Below, piece by piece: positions 12,060 through 24,070 of a DNA stretch of 64,000 nucleotides. Below the pieces are notes generated by a model, which was not told the DNA's origin, did not search any database, and saw nothing but the letters and a program-made list of their open reading frames with translations. Numbering within the stretch: position 1 is the first letter of the stretch; each line of letters starts with the position of its first letter. The DNA is from Squalus acanthias. Its lineage: Eukaryota. Where the stretch lies: contig JASTWF010000332.1 of assembly GCA_030390025.1 (NCBI GenBank), positions 434,001 through 498,000 on the forward strand, in the 5' to 3' direction. The translations under genes were made by a program, and so were the position numbers.

Positions 12060-13690
12060 ACATAAGAACATAAGAAATAGGAGCAGGAATAGGCCACTTG
12101 GCCCCTCGAGCCTGCTCCACCATTCAATAAGGTCATGGCTGATCTTGGGCTCAAAGCCACTTCCCCGCCCGCTCCCCATAACCCTTCACTCCCTTATCTT
12201 GCAAAAATTTGTCTATCTCCACCTTAAATGTATTTAATGACCCAGCCTCCACAGCTCTCTGGGGCAGAGCATTCCACAGATTTACGACCCTCTGAGAGAA
12301 GAAATTCCTCCTCATCTCAGTTCTAAAATGACGACCCTTTATTCTAAAACTGTGCCCCCGCGTTCTAGATTTCCCCACGAGGGGAAACATCCTCTCTGCA
12401 TCTACCTTGTCGTGCCCCCTCAATATCTTATATGTTTCAATAAGATCACCACTCATTCTTCTAAATTCCAATGAGTATAGGCCCAGCCTGCTCAACCTTT
12501 CCTCATAAGTCAACCCCCTCATCTCTGGAATTAACCTAGTGAATCGTCTCTGAACTGCCTCCAATGCAAGTATATCCTTCCTTAAATAAGGAGACCAAAA
12601 CTGTATGCAGTACTGAAGGTGTGGTCTCACCAATACCCTGTACAGTTGTAGCAGGACCTCCCTGCTTTTATACTCCAACCCCTTTGAAATAAAGGCCAAC
12701 ACTCCATTTGCCTTTTTGATTACTTGCTGTACCTGCATGCTAACTTTTTGTGTTTCATACATGAGGACCCCCAGGTCCCTCTGAACTGTAGCATTTTGTA
12801 ATCTCTCTCCATTTAAATAATAATTTGCTTTTTTATTTTTCCTTCCAAAGTGTATAATCTCACACTTTCCCACATTATACTCCATCTGCCAAATGTTTGC
12901 CCACTCACTTAGCCTGTCTATATCCCTTTGCAGGTTCTTTGAGTCCTCTGCACAACTTGCTTTCCCACCCATCTTTGTATCATCCACAAACTTGGCTACA
13001 TTACACTCGGTCCCTTCATGCAAGTCATTAATGTAGATTGTAAATAGTTGAGGCCCCAGCACCGATCCCTGTGGCACCCCACTAGTTACCGTTTGCCAAC
13101 CGGAAAATGACCCATTTATCCCGACTCCCTGCTTTCTGTTAGTTAGCCAATTCTCTATCCATGCTAATATATTATCCCCAATTCTGTGACCTCTTATCTT
13201 ATGCAGTAACGTTTTATGTGACACCTTATCGAATGCCTTCTGGAAATCCAAATACACCACATCCACTGGTTCACCTTTGTCCACCCTACTCGTTACCTCC
13301 TTAAAGAACTCCAGCAAGTTTGTTAAACATGATTTCCCTTTCATAAAACCATGCTGACTCTGCTTGACTGCATTATGATTTTCCAAATGCCCTGCTACTG
13401 CTTCCTTAATGAAGGACTCCAGCATTTTCCCAACGACAGACTGGTCTATAGTTTCCTGCTTTCTGTCTCCCTCTCTTAAATAGGGGTGTTACATTTGCGG
13501 TTTTCCAATCTGCTGGGACCTCTCCAGAGTCCAGGTAATTTTGGTATATTGCAACCAATGCATCCACTATCTCTGCAGACACTTCTTTTAAGACCCTGGG
13601 ATGCAGGCCATCTGGTCCAGGGGACATGTCAACTTTTAGTCCCATTATTTTACTAAGCACTATTTCCTTAGTGATAGTAAGTACTACTTC
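12060..13690 (-). mobile_element. 5'-truncated CR1 (RT + 3'UTR), inverted
   Basis: ORFs 12151-13425 and 13406-13747 encode CR1 RT. Tail ACATAAGAACATAAGAA at 12060. Confidence 0.95.
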
Positions 13691-14920
13691 CTTACCTTGC
13701 ACCTCCACCCATCCCTCTCTATCTATATTATCATTTCCCCATCTCATTAGCCACCCCTCACACTCACCCTCACTCTACTACAAGCATACCAATTAAGAGC
13801 ACACAAGGGTAGGCACTTGGGTGGTTTAGCCAATGTTCATGTTAACTTTCTGGTAATGTGCTGTCAAACATTGAAATCTTTATTTTCAACCCTTTGTGTT
13901 CTTGGACAGATTTGTGTGCACCTTTGAAAGTGTGTTAGTGAGTTCCAGTGAATGGTGAGACATAACGTCCCCCCCCCCCACCCAATGGTGATGAGTGAAA
14001 GGAATGGCTTGGACATTATAGGGATGCTTTATTCTGCTGGTGTGGGGTGGTGACAACCTGGTGCATCATGTGGCAGCCAGGGTGTACAGTGTTAAGTGAA
14101 GCTAATCTGGACATGGTAGATCCATCGCTGGCATCCTGGGCAGCAATATGCACAGGTGATGATGCCCTCTGTCCTGTGCAGCATCAGTTGATTGCGGAGA
14201 AGGTTGGTGTGGATGTTGGTGCTGCTGGTGTGCCCGGTGATGCTGGTGTTGGGGCTGATCGTATTGGGATTCTGAGGACCAAGGTGAGATTTTTTCAAGG
14301 GCACCGATGCTGATGGAATAGATGGCAGGTGAGGTTGAGATGACAAAAGTAATCTGTCAATGTTGAGATAGGTTGCTCCAAGGAGGTGACAGTGGATAGA
14401 GAGATTACTCCAAACACTTCAAAAGTGCATAAAGCTCAAAAGTGAGTTCCAAATACTGAAGGCTCAAGCTTCTGAGGTTGGAAAGCGACCAGCTGTAAAA
14501 TGGTAGTTTTTATACCTCTTTTATAGCTGTGACCTAATGAAAGAAATGGAGAGTTGTTCAGCACCCGACATACTTACCTGGCGTGATCCCCGAGTGACGG
14601 GAACCTTGTGGAAAACTTGGGAAAGCGCTTTGTACCTGGTAAAATGGTGATTTAATTACTTTAAACACCCTTCCAACAAGCACAATTGCATGACCCACTG
14701 CTTCTGCAAAGCACAGGCAGAACCGGCACTAGGGATACTCACAAGGAGGCGGGTTTAGAGTGGGATACCGCCTCGCTGTCAATCATTTGGATTTTAACAG
14801 CAGACCTGCCTCCAAACCCGCCCTCTGAGCGCCAGCAAAATTCAGACCCTTGATTTTAGTTTCCAATGTAGTTTACAGCACTAGTTAAATAGCAGTGACA
14901 AACGTGTTTTTCTTTTACAG

Positions 14921-15166
14921 CTGCAGACATGTCGAGAGTTGTTGCAGGATGATCCTCTGAAAAGGCCCAGTGCCGAGGAGATCCTTCACAGTAAGGATAT
15001 GGGCCTTCTGCCTGAGGAAAGGAGGAGACTGGAAGAAATACTGAATCAAACTCTTTCATCACCAGATAAAGACACACACAGAGAAACCATCAAGTTGATT
15101 TTTGAACGGCTTATTGGAAAAGTCTCCAAGGATCAAGAATCTGCTTACTATCATGCGCTTAGTGAG
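14921..15166 (+). CDS. EIF2AK4-like: Exon, kinase subdomain XI and linker: LQTCRELLQDDPLKRPSAEEILHSK...YYHALSE
   Basis: tttttcttttacag acceptor, GAG/gtattc donor, 246 bp, phase 0-0. Resembles GCN2 LLNHDPAKRPTATELLKS...ELHEVLHHTL...YRTMMAQIF. Confidence 0.92.
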
Positions 15167-15353
15167 GTATTCTCAGTAACTTAAGTATGGAACGCTAACA
15201 TAATACAATATTGCAAAGTGAAGATTTTTTATTTACTCTTGAATCATAGAAATTACAGCACAGAAGAAGGGCATTTGATCCTTCATACCTGGGCTGGTGC
15301 TAACTCTTCAACTGGACCTAACTAGTCCCATTTCCCTGCCCTTTCCTTGTAAG

Positions 15354-15516
15354 TAATGTTCCCACTAATTTCTTTTGGGTGCGTGGTCCCTTTAACGGAC
15401 TGCGCGGCCCATTCAAAATCTCGCGCATGCGCAAAATGTCCCATTGAAAAGCCAGCGATCGGCCTGCGCGGGACCTCCAGGCAGCTGCGTGGCCGCGCAG
15501 TTTAACAGGAACATTG
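15354..15516. mobile_element. hAT-type MITE
   Basis: TIR TAATGTTCC / GGAACATTG, flanked by 8-bp near-duplication CTTGTAAG / CTTGTAAT. Confidence 0.7.
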
Positions 15517-15604
15517 CTTGTAATGCGCTTTTATTCAGTCTGTTTTAAAAGATGAAAATCTAAATAGAATTTGATTGAGGTCTTTAAAATAATTTATTCA
15601 CCAT

Positions 15605-15796
15605 GGGGGTCAATTTTAACCTACCCGGCCCTCAGGAAACTGACGGGATCGGATGCAACGCAGGCTTTAAATCCCGCCCGATAGTGCTCTCCATTGAAGT
15701 CAAGAGAGAGCAAGGTCGGGTGGGGTGTAAACCCGGCATTCCACCCGATCTTGTGGGTTTCCCGCCCGGCGATTAGGTTAAAATGACCTCCCCCCA
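15605..15796. mobile_element. Short MITE (family of 109-296)
   Basis: GGGGGTCAATTTTAACCTA / TAGGTTAAAATGACCTCC. Confidence 0.7.
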
Positions 15797-15977
15797 CATC
15801 TCTTCCGAAGTTGATGATAAATTCCAGCCATAGTAATACCACCAGAGAATGTCTTCAACCTGCATATTAAAATAGACAGAAATGGATGAAAAGCTGATAA
15901 TGACACAGTTCTTTGCAGAGGCTGGATTTTCAAAGGGGCCGGTGACAGTGAGATTTCCTGTTTAAGTGCAATTGAAA

Positions 15978-16410
15978 ACAACAACAACTTGTATTTATAT
16001 AGCGCCTTTAACGTAGTAAAACGTCCCAAGGCGCTGCACAGGAGTTTTTTAAGACAAAAAATTTGACACCGAGCCACATAAGGAGAAATTAGGGCAGAGA
16101 GGTAGGTTTTACGGAGCGTCTTAAAGGAGGAAAGAGAGGTAGCGAGGCGGAGAGGTTTAGGCAGAGAATTCCAGAGATTAGGGCCTAGGCAACAGAAGGC
16201 ACGGCCACCAAAGATGGTGCGATTATAATCAGGGATGCTCAAGAGGGCAGAATTAGAGGAGCGCAGATATCTCTAGGATTGTGGGGCTGAAGGAGATTAC
16301 AGAAATAGAAAGGGATGAGGCCATGGAGGGATTTGAAAACAAGGATGAGAATTTTGAAATCGAGGCGCTGCTTAACCGGGAGCCAATGTAGGTCAGCGAG
16401 CACAGGGGAA
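15978..16410 (-). mobile_element. L2-type LINE 3' fragment
   Basis: PVLADLHWLPVKQRLDFKIL, GGRAF..GPNLWNSLP, and a (GTT)n tail. Confidence 0.85.
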
Positions 16411-16475
16411 GATGGGCACAAATGTTTCTGCAGCAAACCAGTGATTACACAACTGTGTCCTATTTTTCACTTCAG

Positions 16476-16560
16476 ATCATGGACAGGGTCTTTACCATTT
16501 CATCATCCAGGTCGTGGCGATCTGTCGAAAGAGAACTGAGGCTGATATTTCAAAAGCATG
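16476..16560 (+). CDS. EIF2AK4-like: Exon, start of HisRS-like domain: IMDRVFTISSSRSWRSVERELRLIFQKH(G)
   Basis: tttttcacttcag acceptor, gtacgt donor, phase 0-1. IFQKHG corresponds to GCN2 IFKRHG (motif 1 region). Confidence 0.9.
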
Positions 16561-16984
16561 GTACGTGGTCTTATATAACTATTGATTTCGTTAAAGGGCT
16601 AGCATCTTCGGAAAAAGTGTTTGGCAAACTTTTTTGGGGGGTTTCATATGGGAGGAGAGCAGTGCATCATTTTTGTTACAATGACTCCAGGTGAAAATGA
16701 TTCAATAATGCGTTTTTGGCGCAATTTACATTATCACATTGTGCATTTGCAAACGAGGAAAGGTTTGCCAAGCACTTACTCATGAAGACATTGCACCTTT
16801 GTTGTGTAAGTTTGAGGTGTGCCTTTCATCTATGCAGAATCAACGAGTAAATGCGATGTTCAGTCAACTGTGACAATTGAGTCTGTCGGTGCTTGCTGTT
16901 CAGCATGGATGCTTAGCTCTCAGAGAGCACTGGTTGTAAATTAAAAATTAAGAAACAGACAGTGAGGATGTATTACCAGATGAT

Positions 16985-17755
16985 TAAATACAAAACAACA
17001 ATACTGTAATATAAGACCTTGGTTAGAGCTCATTGAGAATACTGTGTCCAGTTTTGATTCCTTCACATGATGGGTTATAATAGAAGCCCTGGAAAAAGTT
17101 CAGTGGAGGGCCACTAGATTGATACCTAGTACACAGGTCCTTAGTTACCACAATAGGCTCAGATACACGGGTAGGGGGTGGGGATTACTTTAGAAAAGCA
17201 TAGACTTGAGGAGATTTGATTAATCTGTTCAAAATAGTGAAAGGATTAGATTTGGTTCAGGTGGATAGGCTATTTGAGTTAGATAGGATGGGGAGGACCT
17301 GTGGCATAAATATATTGCGTAAGCATAGAACTAGGTTAGATGTCTGGAGGTATTTTGTTTGACCTGTGGAACAAGTTGTTGTCTGATAGACTGAGCACAG
17401 GCTCACTGCGCATTCAAAAGGCAGCTGGACAAGTTCCTGACAGCGGCCGACATCACACATCACCGTGTGAAGGTTGTAGGGATATTGGGGGGTGGGTCTT
17501 CCAATCACTCTGGTCCTCTGTTTGATTGCCTTTGGGGATCAGAGAGCAATTTCACAGAATTTCGTTTCCCCAGAATTAGAGTTTGTTTTTTTAACCTGTG
17601 TTTTTGCCTCTCCCAGGAGAGTGCATGTTTGGTGTGTGTGTGTGTGTGTGGGGGGAGCCTGCGGGGGTTATGGTGTGTCTAGGTTGCACCATTACAGTAT
17701 GGGACAGGCTTGATGGATCAGCTGGTTCATGTCCTTGATTTTTGTATGTTCGTAA
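16985..17755 (+). mobile_element. Old CR1 3' fragment
   Basis: Similar to 5900-6400; decayed LVR.H.EYCVQF motif and 3'UTR. Confidence 0.7.
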
Positions 17756-17789
17756 AGTCCTACCGAAACAGCAAAAATCTTGTCTCAAT

Positions 17790-18460
17790 GGGGTCGATTT
17801 TAACCCCCCGGCCTTGTGAGAATGGTGCGCGGGAGGGGTTAAAATCAGGCTGAATCCTCTAAGCGGCCTGAGGCCGCACCATTCCCACCCGGCGACATCT
17901 TGCTTTCACTGACTTTGAAGTCGGCTGAGACTCCTGCTGCAGATGGGCGAGGGCCTCATTTAAATGGAAAAGTTGCGGCCTGATGGTGTCATCGGTACCG
18001 TGGCGTGAATTTTGCAGAGACCGCCCGGTGTCAAACTCCCCAGAGAAACCCGGCGACATGCAGCAGAGCGGCCAGGAGAGGCCAAGATAAGTAAAATGTT
18101 TGAATCTTTGGAGGAGCAGGGCGAAAAACCTCGGGCCTCTCTTGACCCGGCTCTCCCTTTCCCTCCCCGCACCGGCAACTGTTTGGGAAACCTCCCCCCC
18201 CCTCCAGTACTTGTCCCGGGGCCTGTTCCCTCAGGTCCCCGGCGGTAGTCGGAGCCTACCTCCATTCCCGCTCCCGCCCGCCGGCCTTGACATCACTCCC
18301 GCTGGCTACAAGCGGGACACCGACATCAATTATTCAAATGTGGACCTTGAGCTAAAATCAGCCAGGGCCGCGCTTCCTTCATAACTGCTGGGTGCCGCCA
18401 TTTGCTTCGGGTCTCCCACTCCCCCCTCCCCCCTCCCCTCCACCCCATTTAAAATCTGGT
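17790..18460. mobile_element. GC-rich MITE
   Basis: GGGGTCGATTTTAA ... TTAAAATCTGG ends. Confidence 0.55.
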
Positions 18461-19572
18461 CTTTCTCACAGCCTCAGTACTGTTGCTACAAATTCACTTG
18501 TTTCAAGTAGTGATGCCTGAGTGAATGTACCCTGTGTGCTTCAGTGGGCTGATAATCACAGTGATTTATGCAGGTAATTATAGGGGTGGTTCTACTTTGT
18601 GGAGCTGAACTGCTTGATAAATGTTTTAATAGATTAAAATAGCAGATTTTTAAAGAGCATTGAGTTAGGTGAGTGAAAAGATTAACAGCGCTGTTGCATC
18701 CTGCAGGAACTAGGAGTGTCACATGCCTTTCACTTAAAAACTCAACAGTGACGCTCCCAGAGAGATGACACGTGCTGCATACATGTGCAGGAAGCCACGC
18801 GTGCCATCTTCCTGGTGGGAAAAAAACAGCCAAGAGACTGCTTGTGTGTTGTCCTCCTTGTCTGTTCTTGCAAGCGAGCTATCCCAAACACTGAGCTACC
18901 TGCTGAGACATTGTTGACTTATTTAGCACGATTAATATTTTCTAAGGTTTTAGCTATTGTGCTATTGTTGTTGCGGTCTGTGTTTTATTTTACTGATGTT
19001 TGTTGTTCAGATCCAATGAGGGGGGAAACCAGTCAAGTAAGGCACTTTGTGGTATGGATTTATTCTAAATAAATGTGTTGCCACGGGGACTTAAGTCCGA
19101 CAGCACACCTACTTACGAGCATATGAATTTGACGGAAGGAAAAAGACCAGCTGGTCCACCAGGCCTGCCCCACACTCAGGAACATAAGAATGTGAAGGAT
19201 TGGAAAAGGCCATTGAATTCCATCTGGCTGGTCCCAGTGTCCAGTAAATATCGTATCCCATGATATCCCTCTGTAATTCTGTTCCCCTGGTACTTACCCA
19301 ACTCTCTCTTCAATTAGCTGATAGAGTCAGCCCCCTGATGCCTTCCTTGGCAATCCTTCCACCCTCTGCATAAAGTAGTTAAACCTCAATCGGTCTTTTC
19401 ACCCTCTTCTGCAAAGCTTGTGGCTGTTAGATCTGGCGCCATGGGGCACCAGGCTGTAGTTTTACAATTAGGAATTATTCATGCGACAGATTTCCTTTCT
19501 CAACTGTGCTGTAATGAGCAACGGTGCTGGAGGGGGAAGTGAGTGTGAGAGTTATATTTTCTTCTGCTCCAG

Positions 19573-19694
19573 GTGCTGCTCCTGTGGATATTCCCGAGAT
19601 TATTCCATTCAGTGTGGGGACGTCCTGTCGCTGTGACGTCACAACAATGCTAAGCAGTGATGGGTATATTTATGAAATGACGCTGGATCACAAG
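19573..19694 (+). CDS. EIF2AK4-like: Exon: (G)AAPVDIPEIIPFSVGTSCRCDVTTMLSSDGYIYEMTLDHK
   Basis: cttctgctccag acceptor, AAG/gtatgt donor, 122 bp, phase 1-0. Colinear with GCN2 GAVQLCTPLLLP...FMDHSGMLVMLPFDLR. Confidence 0.9.
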
Positions 19695-19747
19695 GTATGT
19701 CTGCACGATATGGCACACTAATACAGTATTGTAATACACTGCATTGA

Positions 19748-19970
19748 AAGAAAGAAGAAGTTGCATTTATATAGCGCCGTTCACGACCTCGGGATGTCCC
19801 AAAGCGCTTTACAGCCAATGAAGTACTTTTGAAGTGTAGCCACTGTTGTAATGTAGGAAACACAGCAGCCAAGTTGCGCACAGCAAGCTCCCACAAACAG
19901 TAATGAGATAAATGACCGGATAATCTGTTTTTTAGTGGTGTTAGTTGAGGGATAAATATTGGCCAGGACA
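19748..19970 (-). mobile_element. SINE 3' half
   Basis: Reverse complement of the 21924-22400 SINE tail. Confidence 0.85.
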
Positions 19971-20073
19971 TTCTGCACGTGACCTGTTCTTGCACAAAAT
20001 AATTGCATAAAAAATACAAAACCCTGTTTGGTTACTATTCCGTCTGACTGTTAATGTCTCCCTCTGTTTACAG

Positions 20074-20123
20074 GTGCCCTTTGTGCGTTTTGTTCATAAA
20101 AACAAAATAAGTGAAATTAAAAG
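20074..20123 (+). CDS. EIF2AK4-like: Exon: VPFVRFVHKNKISEIK(R)
   Basis: ctctgtttacag acceptor, AAG/gtaaat donor, 50 bp, phase 0-2. Matches GCN2 IPFARYVARNNILNLKR. Confidence 0.92.
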
Positions 20124-20525
20124 GTAAATGGAGGCTGTGTGACGATGTTTTTACAGAAACACAGGCACGTGGGCTGCTCTGTGCCTTGTCATTCCTTCAT
20201 AACAAAATGACACAGAAACAAATTGTTCGGCAGGAGGAAGAAATTTTTACTTTATTCTATTGCAAAATGTTCTCTATTACATACATTGGTTACTGTGATG
20301 CTGAAAACACTTAAAAGCCTTTTATTTGTTCACTCCATCAATTATTGCCTGAATGCTCTAATCACATCTCAGCAATGAGAAAATGGTCTTGCGGAGGCGA
20401 AATGACCAGTTTGAGTGAATGCTCTGTGCCAGCTAACTTGCCTTGAGCAACCACTACATTTCCTGTCTTTAGTGGGCCAAGTGAGCATTCTCAGCAATGA
20501 CACACCAAAGACTCCAGTGATGTAA

Positions 20526-21178
20526 GCCCCGATTTTCAAGGGGGGATGGGGATCGGTGCGCGAGAGCCTCAAAGCGGGCAGCGCACCCGTAGCGTCCGGG
20601 GTCGTGGAGACTCGGACAATCTGAACGCAGGGCCTCATTAACATAAAAGTTCCCGGGGTCTCGCCCGAACTACCTGGTCGGCGGGCGGGAGCGGGAATTT
20701 GGCTGCACGAGGCCGCAGCCGGAGACCCGTGGGAACGGTCCCCGGCGCTCAGTGAAAGGAGGGGACTTCAGGGCGATTTGGGGAAAGGCCGGGTCTGGAG
20801 ATCGAGGGGAGGCCGTGGCTGGGAAGGCCCAAGAGCTCCTTACAGGGCCTGCGGGGAGCACTCTTAGCCCACAAGGAGTTCTAACAGAAGTATTTTTTAA
20901 AGACTGACCGTAGCCTCTTCTGGCCAGTCGACTTCTCCCGCCATGCTTCCACTGCCGGGCTGCAGACAGTGCAGGACTTCCCCCAGACTTCAGGTTAATA
21001 TTATTTTGAATGTTAAGTGGGCCTGCCTTTAGCGGGAGCCTCGACGATGGCCTGATTCACCGTCATAAAACTGACGGCGGTCGAGAACACGGCCGGTTGG
21101 AGCCGGGAGGTAAAGTTTTCAGATTTTAACCCCTCCCACACACCATTCTCGCCGGCGAGAGAGGTTTAAAATCCCAGC
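20526..21178. mobile_element. GC-rich MITE
   Basis: GCCCCGATTTT ... AAAATCCCAGC. Interior similar to 945-1581. Confidence 0.6.
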
Positions 21179-21381
21179 TATAATTCCTGGATCAAAGAGC
21201 AATCTGGTCCTGATTTATAATTGTTTTATTTTGGTAAAAAAAAGTTACCCTGAATCACAACTTGGATAGATATTGAACGTGCTGTATGAAAATGCAGATT
21301 GTCTTGAAAACTCATGGATGAGAAAAGATAGGTCTGAACTGTGCCGCATGCTAAGTGAATTCTCATCATTTTGTTGTAAAG

Positions 21382-21535
21382 GTACTGCATGAAGAAAAGG
21401 TTTCTTCCGAATGGGCTTCCTTATCAAATACACTGTGCGTTTGATATCATCGATCTCGAGCAGGACTCCATCTTCGCTGTTGCAGAGTTAATTCAAATTG
21501 TGTCCGAGATTGTGAGCAAATATCCTGTAGCTGGG
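21382..21535 (+). CDS. EIF2AK4-like: Exon, HisRS-like motif 2: YCMKKRFLPNGLPYQIHCAFDIIDLEQDSIFAVAELIQIVSEIVSKYPVAG
   Basis: ttgttgtaaag acceptor, gtaagg donor, 154 bp, phase 2-0. YC...CAFDI...AE.I matches GCN2 YCIERVFRP...ECAFDIV...AEII. Confidence 0.92.
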
Positions 21536-21591
21536 GTAAGGATGTGACTTGGATTTCAATTTTAATTGGACTCTCGTTGGGGATTAAATAT

Positions 21592-21920
21592 TATTTCACT
21601 GTCCGTACTACTTTCTGGCATTTTGGATAATTTATTTGGATTAGCAAAGCATCCATCCTGTCTGTGTGCACTGTAATTTCACAGTGGGTCATCACTCCAC
21701 TGTCTGACATGCTATTTCCTGCTTGCTTTTTCTGATATCATTGAAAGAAATGTCGCAATATAAACGTACTCAGTGCTGTTAAAAAAAGACAAATATACAT
21801 CATAATTTATGTCTTTTTTGACCCACTGTGAAATTACAGTGCACACACAGACAGGATGGATGCTTTGCTAATCCAAATAAATTATCCAAAATGCCTGGAA
21901 GTAGTACGCACAGTGAAATA
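21592..21920. repeat. ~100-bp inverted duplication
   Basis: 21592-21691 is the near-exact reverse complement of 21819-21920. Confidence 0.92.
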
Positions 21921-21923
21921 CAG

Positions 21924-22400
21924 TGTCAGCTGTGGCTCAGTGGGTAGCACACTCGCCTCTGAGTCAGAAGGTTGTGGGTTCAAGTCTCACTCCAGAGACT
22001 TGAGCACATAAAGCTAGGTTAACACGCCAGTGCGGTGCTGAGGGAGTGCTGCACTGTCGGAGCTGCCGTCTTTTGGATGAGATGTTAAACCGAGGCCCCG
22101 TCTGCTCTCTCAGGTGGACATAAAAGATCCCATGGCACTATTTCGAAGAAGAGCAGGGGAGTTATCCCCGGTGTCCTGGCCAATATTTTTCCCTCAACCA
22201 ACATAACAAAAAAAAACAGATTATCTGGTCATTATCACATTGTTGTTTGTGGGACCTTGCTGTGCGCAAATTGGCTGCCGCGTTTCCCACATTACAACAG
22301 TGACTCCACTTCAAAAGTACTTCATTGGCTGTAAAGTGCTTTGAGACGTCCGGTGGTCGTGAAAGGCGCTATAGAAATCCAAGTCTTTTTTTCTTCTTTA
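21924..22400 (+). mobile_element. Full-length tRNA-derived Deu-domain SINE (SacSINE1-like)
   Basis: A box TGGCTCAGTGG, B box GGTTCAAGTC, Deu core GCCGTCTTTTGGATGAGATGTTAAACCGAGG, L2-like tail AAAGGCGCTATAGAAAT. Confidence 0.88.
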
Positions 22401-23618
22401 TATGATGTGTAGCAAAACAGTGCCGATTGTTACCTTACATTGGCAGCTCACACTTGAGGCAAGGCGGCTTGGTACTGCCACGAGGTCTACAGTGGTAAAA
22501 CCGGATTCCTCTGTGAAAGCAATACTGAAACGTCATCAGCGACGTTATGCTAATATTACTGCTGTAATAGTTTCCTGCTGATAACATTTTACAAGTCTAA
22601 AGAGGGTATGAATGACCATGTGAAGCTGTTAAATTATTTCAATGAACCTTGGAGCCGGGAGATTGGAATTGCTCTGCACAGTATCAGTAACGAATACATC
22701 AATATGTTTATTCTAAAATTGCAGACGGTGGCTTTTCATGCAATCAGTTTAATGGCTTGCTAAAACACAGGACCAAGGAACTTCACATGGGCCTGTGCGT
22801 CACCAGTTCGCACAGCGTGTCTTCAACCCCTGAAGCTGGAAAAGTGCTTCCACATATAATGCTGAATTTTCCCGTTTGTGTTCAATTTGTCGTGACATGG
22901 AAAGTATTTACTTTGCCTATGGAGAGAATTCCAGGGGTTTGTGGTTGATTCTCCCACGCATTCAGCATCTACTTATGGTGGCTGGAATGCGATTTCACTG
23001 ATGCTGACTCACAACATTTCTCTGGAGTGTAAGACTCCGGAGGAAAAGGATTGCCAAGGAGCAGAGCTTCTCCGAAACTGCTCAGATAGCCTACTGCTCA
23101 GTGACATAGAAAGTCAGAAATTGCATACCAGCCCATTTTAATCTACCACAGGAAACATTACTAGGTTAAGCCATTAAACATTAAGCCACCAGCAGGAAAA
23201 AGTAAACTCCATAACCTTTTGTATCCCTTTACTTGGGCTACATTTCAAAATGGTAAAAAAACACATCTCCATACACATCGAATCCTAGAATCGTACAGCA
23301 CAGAAGGAGGCCATTCGGCCCATTGTGCCTGTGCCGGCTCTTTGAAAGAGCTGCCCAATTAATTGAGTGTTACATTATACTTTAGGTTAAATAGTGCAAA
23401 AGGATTTGCATTTGACTTCTATGTACCAATTTAATACATTCTAATAAGAGAAGACAGTAATACACAAGTATAACCGTGATTGATGAAAGATAGCAACCAG
23501 CAAGGTACTTTAGCTGTCTTTAATAATACTTTATCTGAGACATTTTAAGTGTAAGACTGCACGTTGGCCTTTTTCATAACAGGCTGTAATCGCTTTAAAA
23601 TATTTGTTATCTTAACAG

Positions 23619-23717
23619 AAACAATACAGACAGCTGATTATTAGTCACACACTGTTGGAAGAAACCCTCTTCAAAAATGGAAGTCCAGAATGTGGCTCAC
23701 AGGATCACTGTCCAAAG
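23619..23717 (+). CDS. EIF2AK4-like: Exon: KQYRQLIISHTLLEETLFKNGSPECGSQDHCPK
   Basis: ttatcttaacag acceptor, AAG/gtattt donor, 99 bp, phase 0-0. SHTLL...G.PE corresponds to GCN2 NHTMLL...GIPE. Confidence 0.85.
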
Positions 23718-23737
23718 GTATTTTTTGAAATAAAAGA

Positions 23738-24070
23738 ATATAAGAACAGGAGGAGCCCATTCAGCCCCTTGAGCCTGTTTCGCCATTCAATTAGATAATG
23801 GCCGATCTGTGCCTCAGCTGCATTTGTCCAACGTTGTTCCATATCCCTTAATAGACTTACTAATAAAAATCTATCGATCTCAGTCTTGAAAATCTCAGTT
23901 GACCCAGCATCCACAGCCTTTTGGGGAGCGAGTTCCAGATTTCCACTACCCTTTGTGGGAAAAAAGCGCTTCCCGATTCTGCTCCTGAATGGCCTAGCTC
24001 TAATTTTAAGATTATGCCCCCTTGTTCTGGAGGTTCTGGATTCTGCCACCAGAGGAAATAGTTTCTCTAT
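23738..24070 (-). mobile_element. CR1 3' fragment
   Basis: SRTRGHNLKIRARPFR motif plus 3'UTR. Confidence 0.85.

Larger units (their letters stand above)
7178..14849. mobile_element. Decayed Harbinger-like DNA element split by two CR1 insertions
   Basis: Ends GGGCTGGATTTT and AAAATTCAGACCC with GGCGGG-type subterminal motifs. Pieces 7178-7596, 11977-12059 and 13690-14849 look like one interrupted element. Confidence 0.45.

Noticed and set aside
14570..14582. ATACTTACCTGGC resembling the U1 snRNA 5' end
   Set aside because: No U1 body follows. It is an antisense splice-donor-like motif also seen in several MITEs.
21927..21995. tRNA gene
   Set aside because: The A/B boxes belong to a SINE head that continues into the Deu core and LINE-like tail.
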